A DNA stretch of 64,000 nucleotides from Octopus vulgaris (Eukaryota), in NCBI GenBank assembly GCA_951406725.2, contig OX597824.1, forward strand, positions 66,464,001 through 66,528,000, written 5' to 3'. Both the position numbers and the translations under genes were made by a program. This document shows, piece after piece, positions 11,301-23,952 of the stretch. The notes below the pieces were generated by a model that made no database searches, had not been told where the DNA came from, and saw only the letters and a program-made list of their open reading frames with translations. Positions within the stretch are counted from its first letter, which is position 1, and each line of letters begins with the position of its first letter.

Positions 11301-14300
11301 TGGCACTTATTTTATTGACCCTGTAAGGATGAAAGCAAAGTTGACCCTGGTTGGAAAAATGCTGCCAAGCAATTTGTCCAGCATGCTAACAATTCTGCTA
11401 GTTCACCACCTTCACTGTCTAAATAATGATAATGATGATGATAATGATAATAATAGTAATTATTTCTTATATAGGAACAAGACCTCAGTCTGATAGGGAA
11501 TACGAAATTGAGAATGTGCAGCAGTAATGCCTTCATCAATTATAGTGACATTAATGAAATAAAATCACTATAAGATACCAGTCAAGGTTATCCACTATGA
11601 TATCACATATACTATATCCCATCCCATACATCAGTTAAATCATCAATCAAGACATTTACCAAAATATCTGACAGCATATCAACTAATATCCATGAGGGTG
11701 TCAGTAAGATATTTCTCACAACATTCATGGGGTTATATAGAAAGTTATTAACTCTACTTACCAGTGAAGGAAATGCAGCCTGCTTCAAGTCATTGTCCAA
11801 TTCTCGGTAGGTCAACACTTTACTGATTTGGACCCTGGAAAAAGAGTGACTTAATTATTCTATGTATTAATTGATAGAGAGACTTCTAATGGTGCTTCCA
11901 ATGTCTACTATTGTTTACATTGAAGTCTAAGCAATTCATTCACCTAAGAGGTATTTCTTCCTTGAATCATTATTTGAAGATTGGAAAGATTTTCAGTGGT
12001 ATCCCCCTGACCTAAAGGCCAGTTGTTGTTGTTTAACCCTCGGTCAAACCTGAGTAGGCAGGCACATGATCAAAGTGTTCCAGCTGGGGCCTCCTTGTTT
12101 TTTGTTTTTTTATCTATCAAATCAATGTATCTAAGACTACATTATCCAATGTATCATTCAGTTACTTTTTTTTTTAAGGATATGGTATTGAGAAAGACTT
12201 GATTGCTATTTCTAGCTGGTTGATCACCCATACTGAGGTTCCTATGTTGGTTCATAATGCTTTGAGTTGAGAGTGTAGATAACCATGGGTACAAGTACCA
12301 CTCTGGTACCTCTGTAAACTGTCAATTTTTTGCATAAACCTTTTTTTTTGTAAATACTGAAGCTTCTTGAACTTTGTTTTATATACAGTTCTTTATTTAA
12401 GACCACTATGCCATATGCCCATGGGCATATGGCATAGTGTTTAAGAGCGCGGGTTACTAACCCCAAGATTCCGAGTTCGATTCCAAGCAGTGACCTGAAC
12501 AACAACAACAACAACAACAATAATAATAATAATAATAATAATAACAACAATATTGAAAAATACCTTAGGAATGAGAACCCAGGTTTGAAATTTCCCCAAG
12601 ACACCTGAAGAAGGCTGGAGGGTATTTCAGCCGAAATGTTGTATTAACAACAAACAAGATGAGGACAAATATCCGTTTAATGTAAATAATGTTTGTTTTA
12701 TTTATTTAAAACTAATTCCTGCTAAGTCACGGATTTACTCATGTATGGGCAGATGTTGGATGATGAGAATTCCTGCAAACTACCTACAATGGTTCTAATC
12801 CACTATTTCTAAATCTTCCAAACCTATCTATAGAATTTTTATTCTCAACATTTCTACTTTTGAGTATTCAGGTACAACACAACTGACTTTCTGGACATTG
12901 ATGGTTCAGAACCTCCTATCACCTGCTTTTATTTATAAGCAGGAACTGTAAATTCCCACAGCTATCAGGCTGGTTTTCTCATACCTTGCACAGACAAGTA
13001 CCTTTACAGTGCAGCATTAATAAACTTGTATCATTTATACTAATGTATTGGTACCTGTATTTCATTTAATTATTTAAGTAAATTTAATATTTGTTTAATT
13101 TAGAGTGTGTTGACCAAGGCGATCACCCCTGGTTCAGAAAAGTCAATGATATGAAAAGGCTTTGAAACCAAAAGTTTCAGAAAATTGATGTTGTACATCA
13201 GAAAAAAATGTCAAAATTTGCAAGCAATAAAAGTTTGTCAACAGAGTAAGTTATGCATGAGATTATTAAAGCTACTGATAGTGAGGATATTACATCAGGA
13301 GAAATGTTTTCCATATTCTATCCAGTTTGTCCAGTGGTGTTGCAAGGATTATTAGCATCCAGGGGCAAAGACAATTTTGGTGCCCTACCTTAATTAGCAA
13401 CGAAAAGGAAATTTAGCTCTGTTTCACACCTGCACTCAGAGACAACTTGTCCCTAATCCTTGATATGCACTGCAGGTTTTGCTGTCTGCCTTGACTCAGC
13501 TGCATTAATAAGATTACAGAAGTAGACAGTGGTTTGTGGATTACTCATTAACAACCCCATGACTTCTTAACAAACACTATTTGTTTCTTTTACCCTGAGC
13601 AAGCAGAGGTGTAACAAGAATAACTTACAAGCAATTCTAAGGGTTCAAGTCTGTCAAATGAACTACAGATGTTTCTCAAGCCAAGGAAAAGAAAATGTTC
13701 ATCACAAACAATCAAAAGCCAACAGTACTGTTATTCTCAATGCTGAAATTAGAGCCAGTGAAAATGCTTTTGAAAAATTATGAAACTCTATGAACACCTC
13801 AAACCTAAAGACAAGTTGTTCAATTTTTCTTTCAGCATATTATTTAGCTCAGAATAACAGACCAGACTTTGATCACTTTGGCTTATTGGAACTTCAAAAG
13901 AAAAACAGTATTGACATTGGAATTTGACTACATTCTTGCATTAGTGCTACACAGATAATTAATCACATAACCATTTATATGAAAATGGAAATCTGCCAGC
14001 ATATCAAGCAGATAAATGGCAAAATTTCTGTTCTCACTGATATATCAACAAGCCTAAGTATTAAGATCACTCTAATAGTTTATTTGAAATGTGAAAGTGA
14101 TAAAAAAGGTGACTACCATTTTATGTTTTTACACCTAATTAGGCTGTCTGATCAGAAATTGCTAAATATCTATTGAATTGTAGCATCAACTATGGGTTTG
14201 ATGCTGTTTACTTGAAACAAACTTTTAGTATTTACTAGTGATGGGGTCAAGCATAATGTTTTGTATGAAATCTATTGTTGTAACAATTCTCAAGGAACAC

Positions 14301-17300
14301 TACTGTGATTTGATAATTTGACAGTGTTTTAATCCCAGCTTAGAAATTTCAGTAGGTGAGAGAAATTCATGGAATTAATATAGTTTTCACTCATTTATTG
14401 ATGAATTGTACTTCATCTCACAATCAAAAGGAATTGCCAGAATGTGCATCTCAACTACAATAATACATTTGTTCTGGGCACTAGGTGGACAGTTACACTT
14501 ATAGCAGTGTGGCAGAATTATGAAGCTGTTTTTTAATTTTTTGATAAGAAAAAAAAAATTAAGGATGAAACAAGGCTTGGAAATGATAAAAAAAATTATG
14601 AAGGTCTCTTAAAAAGACCCTCCTCAGAACAGTTTCTTTTGGACTTAACTTTTATGTTGCATGAATTTGGTTTACTGTCAAAGTGTTAACAGAAATGATT
14701 ATTTATGCAGACAAATTAATCCAATAAAACACAAGATCACTGCATGAACTGAAAGAGCTTGGTACAAACACTCTAGAAGCTTAGAAAACATTTGAAAAAT
14801 GGAATTTTGAAAGAAATTACCTTAACTTAACAAGCAGCAACAAAATTGTCTACATTAACTTATTTACAATTCTTACTAGTCTTATAAATAATTTCCAACA
14901 CAATAATTTTATGGAAACATCCTTGATAGCTCTCAGACTTCTGAATCTCAATGTATGCATAAATCCCAGTTAAATGAAGGCTATGAGCCTGCTGAAATAC
15001 TGCAAATTATGTAGAAGCTGTAATATAATCTCTATGCAAGAGGCTTAAGCTTTTTTTCCCTCCTCTATAGTAAATACTTTCAGAGATTATGTGATCATGG
15101 ATGCTGCAGCTACCAAGATTTACAACTATTACTGACTGAGCTGTCCACAACTTATTCCTATTAGAACTATTGAGTGAGAGAGGAGATTCAGTCACATGAA
15201 GACATATCATGTATCAGCCCTTAAGTTTGTCAAGCCATGCGAATCTTATCTAGTTCAGTGAAATCTCAAGCCATATGTCACTAGTTGTGGTGCTAAGGAT
15301 CAGCAGATAACACTAGTACAACAGTTACTTCCCAGAACACAAATTATGAATCACTCACTGTGGAAATTATTGTGGCACCTCTTATTAGGATTTTTGTTAC
15401 CATATTTCTGTTGAATTTATTTTGAAAATAATGAAGGAAATGACAAGATTTTGTGAGAGCAGGCACCTAAAAATTTAGCAAAGAATGACTGAGTCAACAG
15501 GACACCACAACCAAAACTACAACACTACTTTCTCTTCTTCAAGCCCAGACAAAAGGTAAAATCTTCAAACATCAAATTCATCAGTTCTCAAAGTAATTTA
15601 GTTTATGGAAGTCTTCTCTGAACTTTTCTGTGCATCCACCAGATTCTACAGATTCTGGATTTTGCCAAATAACCAGCTGAAAGGTGGACAGTTTGTATTG
15701 TGCTACTGATATTGTATTGCTTCTATTGTCATGAAAAACAACCCTTGACAGACAAGTCCTCTTTGTGCTACAATAGGAACTACAGTGTAGTAGGGATTGC
15801 CATAAACTGTAAAACTGATGAGGATTTCCTTAGCTTACAGTGTTAAGTCTGACACTCTCCTCAGAAAATATGACCTGCTTCAAGAGAATGAGAGTTGGAT
15901 GGAGATAAAACAATGTTCTCATATAGAACCTACAATGCTCAATGAGACAAGAAAGAAGAGGCTGTATGTGGCTAATTGCCTAGCTAGAAGCATTAGCTAA
16001 CATATCCTTGCTATTTTCAATAAAGAAGAAAACATTAGTCAATATAATTCCACATGGTTCTGGTTTCACCTCCGCTGTGTGACATTTTGGGCAAGTAACT
16101 TCTGCTACAGCCTCAGGCTGACCAAAGCTTTGTGAGTAGTTTTGGTAGATGGAAACTGAAAAAAGCTTGTCATATATATATATATATAATATTGGCCTGC
16201 TCGCTTAGCCAGCGGGGTGGCGTCATTCAAAGGCTAAAACAAAGCGAACGCATTGTGACCAGCGATGTGTAACAACATCTGATGGTCTGGTCGGTCACGT
16301 GAGTCACGTGATATATAATATATATATATATATATATCAAAGTAAATCCAAAAAGAACAACCCCACCCCCCAAAAAACCAGCAACGTAAGGACGTGGTAC
16401 ATGTAATGCATTAGTAGATGCTCAGGAAAGGAAAGAAAGATGGTTTAATGTTTCGAGCAGACACTCTTCTTCGGAAAGTCCAATGGAAGGGAAGACGGAT
16501 GAAGAAAATCACCAACGATTCACATGTGGTTACGTGTGTGTGTGTGTCTTTGTGTCTCTATTTGTCCCACACCATCACTTGACAACCAGTGTTTATGTTC
16601 CTGTAACTTAGCAGTTTGGCAAAAGAGACCAACAGAATAAGTACCAGGCTTTAAAAATAAGAACTTGGGTCAACTGTTTGACTAAAATTTTTCATGGTGG
16701 TACTCCAGCATGGCTGTAGTCTAATGACTGAAACAAGTAAAAGATAGATAGCAAGCATAGCTGTGTGGTTAAGAAGTTCATTTCTCAATCACTTGGTTTG
16801 GGGTTCAGTCTTACAAGTGTCTTTTAAATCTCTGGGGTGACCAGAGCCTTTGTCAGTGGATTTGGTAGATGGAAGCTGAAGGAAACACATCATTTATTCA
16901 TTCATTTATTTATTCATGTTATGTATGTATATATGTAAAGTTAATCCAAACAAGAAAACACAGAAAAAAAGAGAGAAAAAAACACAGCAACGCAGGACGT
17001 GGAACAATTAAAGTATTATTGACGCTCAGGAAAGAAGGGAAGGAGGGTTTAACGTTTCGAGCGGAGCTCTTCGTCGGAAACAAGGAGAAGGAAAGATCCC
17101 AAGGAGGGAAGACAGAGGAGACAATATTTGAGCTGGTGGTGCTTAAGGGATCGTATGTATGTATGTATGTATGTACGTATGTTTGTATCATCATCATCAT
17201 TTTATGTCTGCTTTCCATGCTGGCATGGGTTGGACAGTTTGACTGAGGACTGGTGAGCCAGAGGCTGCACCAGGCTCAATCTGATCTGGCAAAGTTTCTA

Positions 17301-18213
17301 CAGCTGGATGCCCTTCCTAATGCCAACCACTCCAAGAGTGCAGTGGGTGCTGGAGATGATGATGATAATGATGATAACCCAACCTAAAGAGATGGGATAA
17401 TCCTGACTAAAATGCATTTGATTATAAGTCTGCTTGGTCTGGGTTGATCTGCATGCACATTTGTGTGTGTGTGTGTGTGTGTGTGCGCATGTGCAGTCTA
17501 AACAACAACGATGATGACAACAAGAGCAAATGAAATAAAATATAAATAATACACATAAATAAAGCAAAATGCAAATTTTAGCACTGAATTAGCTAACTGA
17601 TGTTATAAATCTCAAAAAAAAAAAAAAAAGAAAAATTAAGCAAATTCCAAGGTAGAACTACTGTTGAGGAAACAGATACTATTCTAAGACAACACCACAG
17701 GTATGGTGATTGATAGAGAAATTCTTCAATGATAGTTACAAACAATTATTATGAATTGCGATACAGGGGAGATTTGTTTAACGGCTGAATTCCAGAATTT
17801 TATGCTATCTTCCGCCAAAGACATCCACCTTGGCTCACTGCCATGATGGGAAGGTGGGGGTAGTGGCCAGAGGGGCGAGATTATTAACATATGTGAAAAC
17901 ATGTTCTCTCTCTTTAAGAGGCATACCACACCACACACACACCAACATACACACACACATACTCTTTCTCTCTCTCTCCCTTATACACCTACCATCACAC
18001 ACACATGCACACACAGACTCTTTCTCTCTCTCTCTCACACACCTATAAACTATAAACTATCATATACACATACACGTGCTCTCTTTCTTTCTTATTTATA
18101 AACACACACACTTCCTCTCTCACAAAGATACTCACTTCTGTCTCATATATATAGTAAATAATTCTTTTATATTCACATTCTCATCTTCCCATTCATACAT
18201 ACACACCTACATG

Positions 18214-18253
<40 letters not shown>

Positions 18254-21200
18254 CGTCTCATTTCACTCTTTCTCTCTAGTACCAATCTCATATATTCATC
18301 TCACATTATCTTTCTCACACTTTCATGATCTTCCTTTCCTTTCTTTTAGACTCACTTCCCTCTCACATTTTCTCTTTCCAAGATTCTCTTTTCTCCTTAC
18401 TCTTCTCTCTCTCTCTCTCTTTGGTACCATAAATAAATTCTCTCTTGCATATTTCTGTTTTTCTCTTTCCATTCTCACATATATACAAATAATCAACCAT
18501 TCATGTAATTCATCTTTCTTACAAACACACACACACATACACACACAAACATTCTCTCTCTCTCTTTCACAGTTTATCTCAATTCTAAACTGTAATCATT
18601 CTTATTCCCCACCTCTCTCTCTCTCTCTTAACCTCTAAGTGCACATGTAATTTGTTTACCCCTATTTCACCCCCATTCTCTTTAGAACCCTCTCCTCACT
18701 CAAAGTGACCTTCCTATCACTTGTAAAAAGTTCACAAAGAGAAATAAATGATTATGTTGCCAGGAGGTAGAGAAATCTGAGATTTGATTTTGGACAGGGC
18801 AAACATCAGGAGCAGCAGCAATTCAATGCAGGCTGTATGAGGAGATGGAGAAAAGTACCATTTGCTTCAGACTAGGGTCTCATGGCACATTAGTACATTT
18901 CACTTTTTTAGTTTTTTAATACTTATTATTTACCTATACAGACCATCATTTATCCTCCCACCCTTATACCCCAATGTTCTACTGTTATATTTTTCTCATC
19001 ACTCAGGCTGACTTTCCAATCTTATTCTTTCATTCACACAGTTTTTTGATTATCTTCTCAGCTCTCTAAGCCTGACCTTCCACTTTTACTGAATCTGATT
19101 CCCCACTCTTTCTTTTATTCTTTTACTTGTTTCAGTCATTTGAATGCGGCCATACTGGAGCACTGCTTTGGAGAATTTTAGTCAAAGAATCGATCCCAGT
19201 TCTTATTTTTAAGCTTGGTACTTATCCTATTAGTCTCTAAGTTACAGGGACATAAACACACCAAAAGAAATATGGTAACAGAAGGGTTAACAAAAAAAAA
19301 ATGCCCCTTCACAGTCAGAATTTCTATGGAGTCATCCATGGTCCAGTTTTATTGACATCATCAAACAAAAAATTACTGATGTGGGTGCATGGTTAAGAAG
19401 ATTACTTTTCAACCATATGGTTTTGTGTTCAGTTCCACTGTATGACACCTTGGGTGAATGTCTTCTACTGTAGCTCCAGGTTGACCAAAGCCTTACGTGG
19501 ATTTGGTAGATGGAAACTGAAAAAAAAAAGCCCATTATATATATATAACTTTGCCTTTCATCCTTTCAGGGTCAATAAATTAAGTACCAGTCAAGTACTG
19601 GAGTCGATGTGATCGATTGTCTCCCTCCTCACAAAAATCCAGGCCTTGTGCCTATTGTAGAAAGGATTATTTTTAACTTTCCATGCAAAATCATCGTTTT
19701 GTCATCCTCATGGTCTTCACATCAACTTTTCCATGCTTGCATGGATCAGATGTATAACAATCTCCTAAGCAGACCGAGTGCAGATATGAACAGCATAATG
19801 GAACTGGTATTAAGGAAGGATAGGAAAATATTAGATTTATAAGCCCTCAAATTCACTCCATAATTGCCCACGGGCATATAGCATAGTGGTTAAGAGCGCG
19901 GGCTACTAACCCCAAGATTCTGAGTTTGATTCCAGGCAATCATCATCATCATCCTGAATAATAATAATAATAATGATAACGTTGAAAAATACTTTAGGAA
20001 TGAGAACCCAGGTTCGAAATTTCCCCAAGACACCTGATGAAGGCTGGAGGGTATATCAGCTGAAACGTGTTAACAACAAACAAGATGAGGACAAATATCT
20101 GTCAAATGTAAATAATGTACAGATGAAATACTGCTAAGCATTTTGTCTGGTGTTGGAAAGTTAAAAATAATACAACCCAAAAAGCAAACAATTAAACAAA
20201 AATATTGGAAACTATTGGTTCCCTTGTTTTATTAATCCTACTTGTGTATGACAAAAATTTGATAATATGCTTATTAAGATGCTTCAATATTAGTATTATA
20301 CTTTTAAAGAACCATAGTGCAGGCATGGCTATAAGTGCAAGAGTGGCTGTGTGGTAAGAAGTTTGTTTCTCAAACACACGGTTCTGGGTTCAATACCACT
20401 GTGTGGCACACTGGATAATATCTTTTGCAATAGTCTCAAGCTGACCAAAGCATTGTAAGTGTATTTGATATATGGAAACTGAAAGAAGCCGGCCACACAT
20501 ACATAAGCACACACACACACACACACACATTTAACTTTTTATTTTTTACTTGTTTCAGTCATTGGACTGCAGCCATACTGGAGTATCACCTTGAAGGGTT
20601 TGGTCAAGCAAATCGACCCCAATACATATTTTTTTTTAAATGTGGTACAGTAATCCCTTAACTTTTGCAGGTGCTACGTTCCAAAACCCCCTGTGATAAG
20701 TGAAAATCTGCGAAGTAGAAATAGTACCATACTGTATATTTTTTGTATTATTTTTATGATTTGTATATATTTATTTTATTATAAATGCAAAACAGCACCA
20801 CACACACTCACCTCCTGAGTTTCGTTTTCAATACAGTATGTGTGATTCTATGTTTACTCATCTACAGTACACTACATATTTTCTTTTAATATATTTTCAT
20901 TAATGTGTTATACAGTGCAGGACTCTCTCTTACTTTTACTTGTTTCAGTCATTTTGACAGTGGTCATGATGGAGCACCATCTTTAGTTGAGCAAATCGAC
21001 CCCGGAGCTTATTCTTTGTAAGCCTAGTACTTATTCTATCGGCCTCTTTTGCCGAACTGCTAAGTTACGGGGACGTAAACACACCAGTGATGTCGGGGGG
21101 ACAAACACAAACACACAAACATATACACACACATACATATACGATGGGCTTCTTCCAGTTTCCATTTACCAAATCCAGTCACAAGGCTTTGGTCTACCCA

Positions 21201-22256
21201 AGGCTATAGTAGCAGACACCTGCCCAAGGTGCCACACAGTAGGACTGAACCCAGGACCATGTGGTTGGTAAGCAAGCTACTTACCACACAGCCACTCCTG
21301 CGCCTATACTATACTATATTTTTATTTATTGATTTATTAATTTTTAGGTGTGAAAATGCTTATTTTACCACAGAAATAATTAAAATCTAAAAAAATATAA
21401 ATATCTATCGGCCACAGAAACCCGCGATATACTGAGGAATCCACAATAATAATTTACATTTATTAGCCAGAAAAATCTGCGATGTACTGAGGGCATGATA
21501 GGTGAACCAAGATATGGCAAGTAATTACTGTACTTCTATTGGTTTCTGTTTGTCAAACTGCTGAGTTATGGAGACATAAACAAACCTGTGTGTGGGTGAG
21601 ATACTGTCTTCTTTCTTTGACAATGTGCAATAGTCATAAACAAATGTCTCCATTATGTAAACAGTGTCGCATTGTTCTAAATCTTCTGTGAAAGCATGTC
21701 TGGTCATAGGGGAGATCTTACTTTACTGGCAATATGGGGTAAGGATTGAAAACAGGAAGAGCATCCAGCTATAGATAAATCTACCACAACAAAATTCCAT
21801 CCGACCCATGCAAGCATGGAAAAGGGGATGTTAAAACAATGACGATGACAATGGCACATCCCATCCAGATACCTCATGTGACACAATGATGTTCTACAGC
21901 ACATCCTTTGAGAACCACTGTTTCACACTGTCTCTTTCAGTAAGACTCTCAAATTTTCTCTTTCTCTTACTGTCAGAATTTACTCACACACACACACACT
22001 TTTAGCTGAACATTTTACGCACTCTAAGAGACAGACTCTCCATTACACACACAAACACAAGCACACACTCTCCCTCTCTCGGATTTCTCACTCTTAATTT
22101 GACTTCCTGCTCTTTTTCATTCAAATTATTCATTTTGCTTTCATCAGAACTTCCTGTTCTCCCTCAGTTTGACTTCTTACTCTTTCTGATTGACTGCGTT
22201 CTCAGTTTCTTTTTCTGAATCTCACCACACCTGTATTTTACACACACACGCGCACG

Positions 22257-22292
<36 letters not shown>

Positions 22293-23874
22293 TTGTTTAT
22301 CTGTCTTTCTCTCTCTGTGTCTGTCTGTCTTTCACTCTTTCCCCCCTTCTCTCTCCGTGTCTATCTGTCTGAAACTTTTTCACTTTGTCTTTCTTTCTCT
22401 CCCTCTCTCACACACATACACACAGTACACTAACACAATCCCGGTATGTCTCTTTCTCTCTCTATCTGTTTGTCTGTCTATCACTCTCTTTCACATGCAC
22501 ACACATGCTTCCACAGACACAAGTTAACGTACACCATATATGGACTTTCCTCTTGAATGAAGCTGTACACACCTACTCATATGGACCTAAATACATACAA
22601 ATATTACACACATACTTTTCAGATTAATGACATCCATGTCAATGACAGTTGAAAGGATAATATTTGTTGGGATGGGATTCCATATGCAGACATCGTTGAA
22701 CAGATGGATTGAGGAAAAAAAAGAGGTTATCTTTCATTTTTTATCTTTTACTTCTTTCAGTCATTGGACTGTGACCATGCCAGGGGATTTAGTTGAAGGA
22801 TTTAGTTGAACAGATCAATCTTAGTATAATATATTAATTTGTCACTGTTGGAGAACTGAGAAAGTGCCTCAAGACTGGATTGATGCCATTTTAATCTCCT
22901 TGTATAAATCGGGGCCAAAAGATCTATGTGGTAATTTTCGTTTGATTTTGCTTTTGTCTGTGGTTGGAAAGGTACTTGCCTGCATCTTGTTAGAACATAT
23001 AAAGTTTGCAACATTTAACTTTTTGGGTACCTTAGGACCAGACTGTCGATTTTTAGGTATTATCGAAAAATCTATTTTCCCACACACAAGATGATTGTCA
23101 GTCCAGCTCTCTGCAACTCTCATGACCTGCAGCACGAAATTTTGTCAGTGAACAGGTCGCGGTCTCAAAGTGATGAAAATATTTTGACAAATTAAATTTA
23201 AATGTTGAAGTGAATCTAACGGATTTTGTGTGTTTCTTAAATGGCTAATAAACACCTTCCATGCTGCAATTGTTTTTGTTACAGCACATGATCTCAGATC
23301 AGGTCACTTGCTATGCAAGTACATCTCCATAATATATATATATATATATATAAAAGAAGAAAAGAAAAGAAAGATTAGGAAATTAATAATTGTTTATTAT
23401 TAACAACAAATTGGTCATCTTTGCTTCTTACAGCAAATAATACTTAATAATTTAATTAGATTTATGTGACATGGGTATAATTTCACCAGAGGTAAAAAGA
23501 TGTAAATTGGTAAGCCCACATATAACATTCAAAGGTACATCTTTTTGCCCCTGGAAAAATATAAATTTAATGTACTAATTTGTAATTAAATTACTGAGTA
23601 TTAATTGAAATGGTTGTAAGAAGTGAAGATGACCAATTGGCTGTTAATAATAAACAATTATTAACTTCCTAATCTCCATTTTCTTTTCTTCTTTTAAATG
23701 GATATAAACTATATGCTTTATATATACCTATTGTTTTAAGGGAATTTCATTCCCCCCAAATACTAGGTATTGAACCAGTATTTCCTTGGATGAAACCATC
23801 CCTTCATGAGGTTAACATATATATATATTATATATTATATTATATTATATATATATATATATATACACACACAC

Positions 23875-23952
<78 letters not shown>

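Noticed and set aside
12423-12495. tRNA gene
   Set aside because: It has A and B boxes but no complete acceptor stem, and it is the head of a repeated element. The same applies to 19872-19940 and 41640-41715.
13332-13472. Small hAT-like MITE (CAGTG...CACTG termini)
   Set aside because: The TIRs match only loosely and no 8-bp TSD is visible.
15815-15850. Other CTGANGA occurrences as hammerheads (also near 26764, 44162, 49063 and 60680)
   Set aside because: No stem II followed by GAAA and NUH at a suitable spacing.
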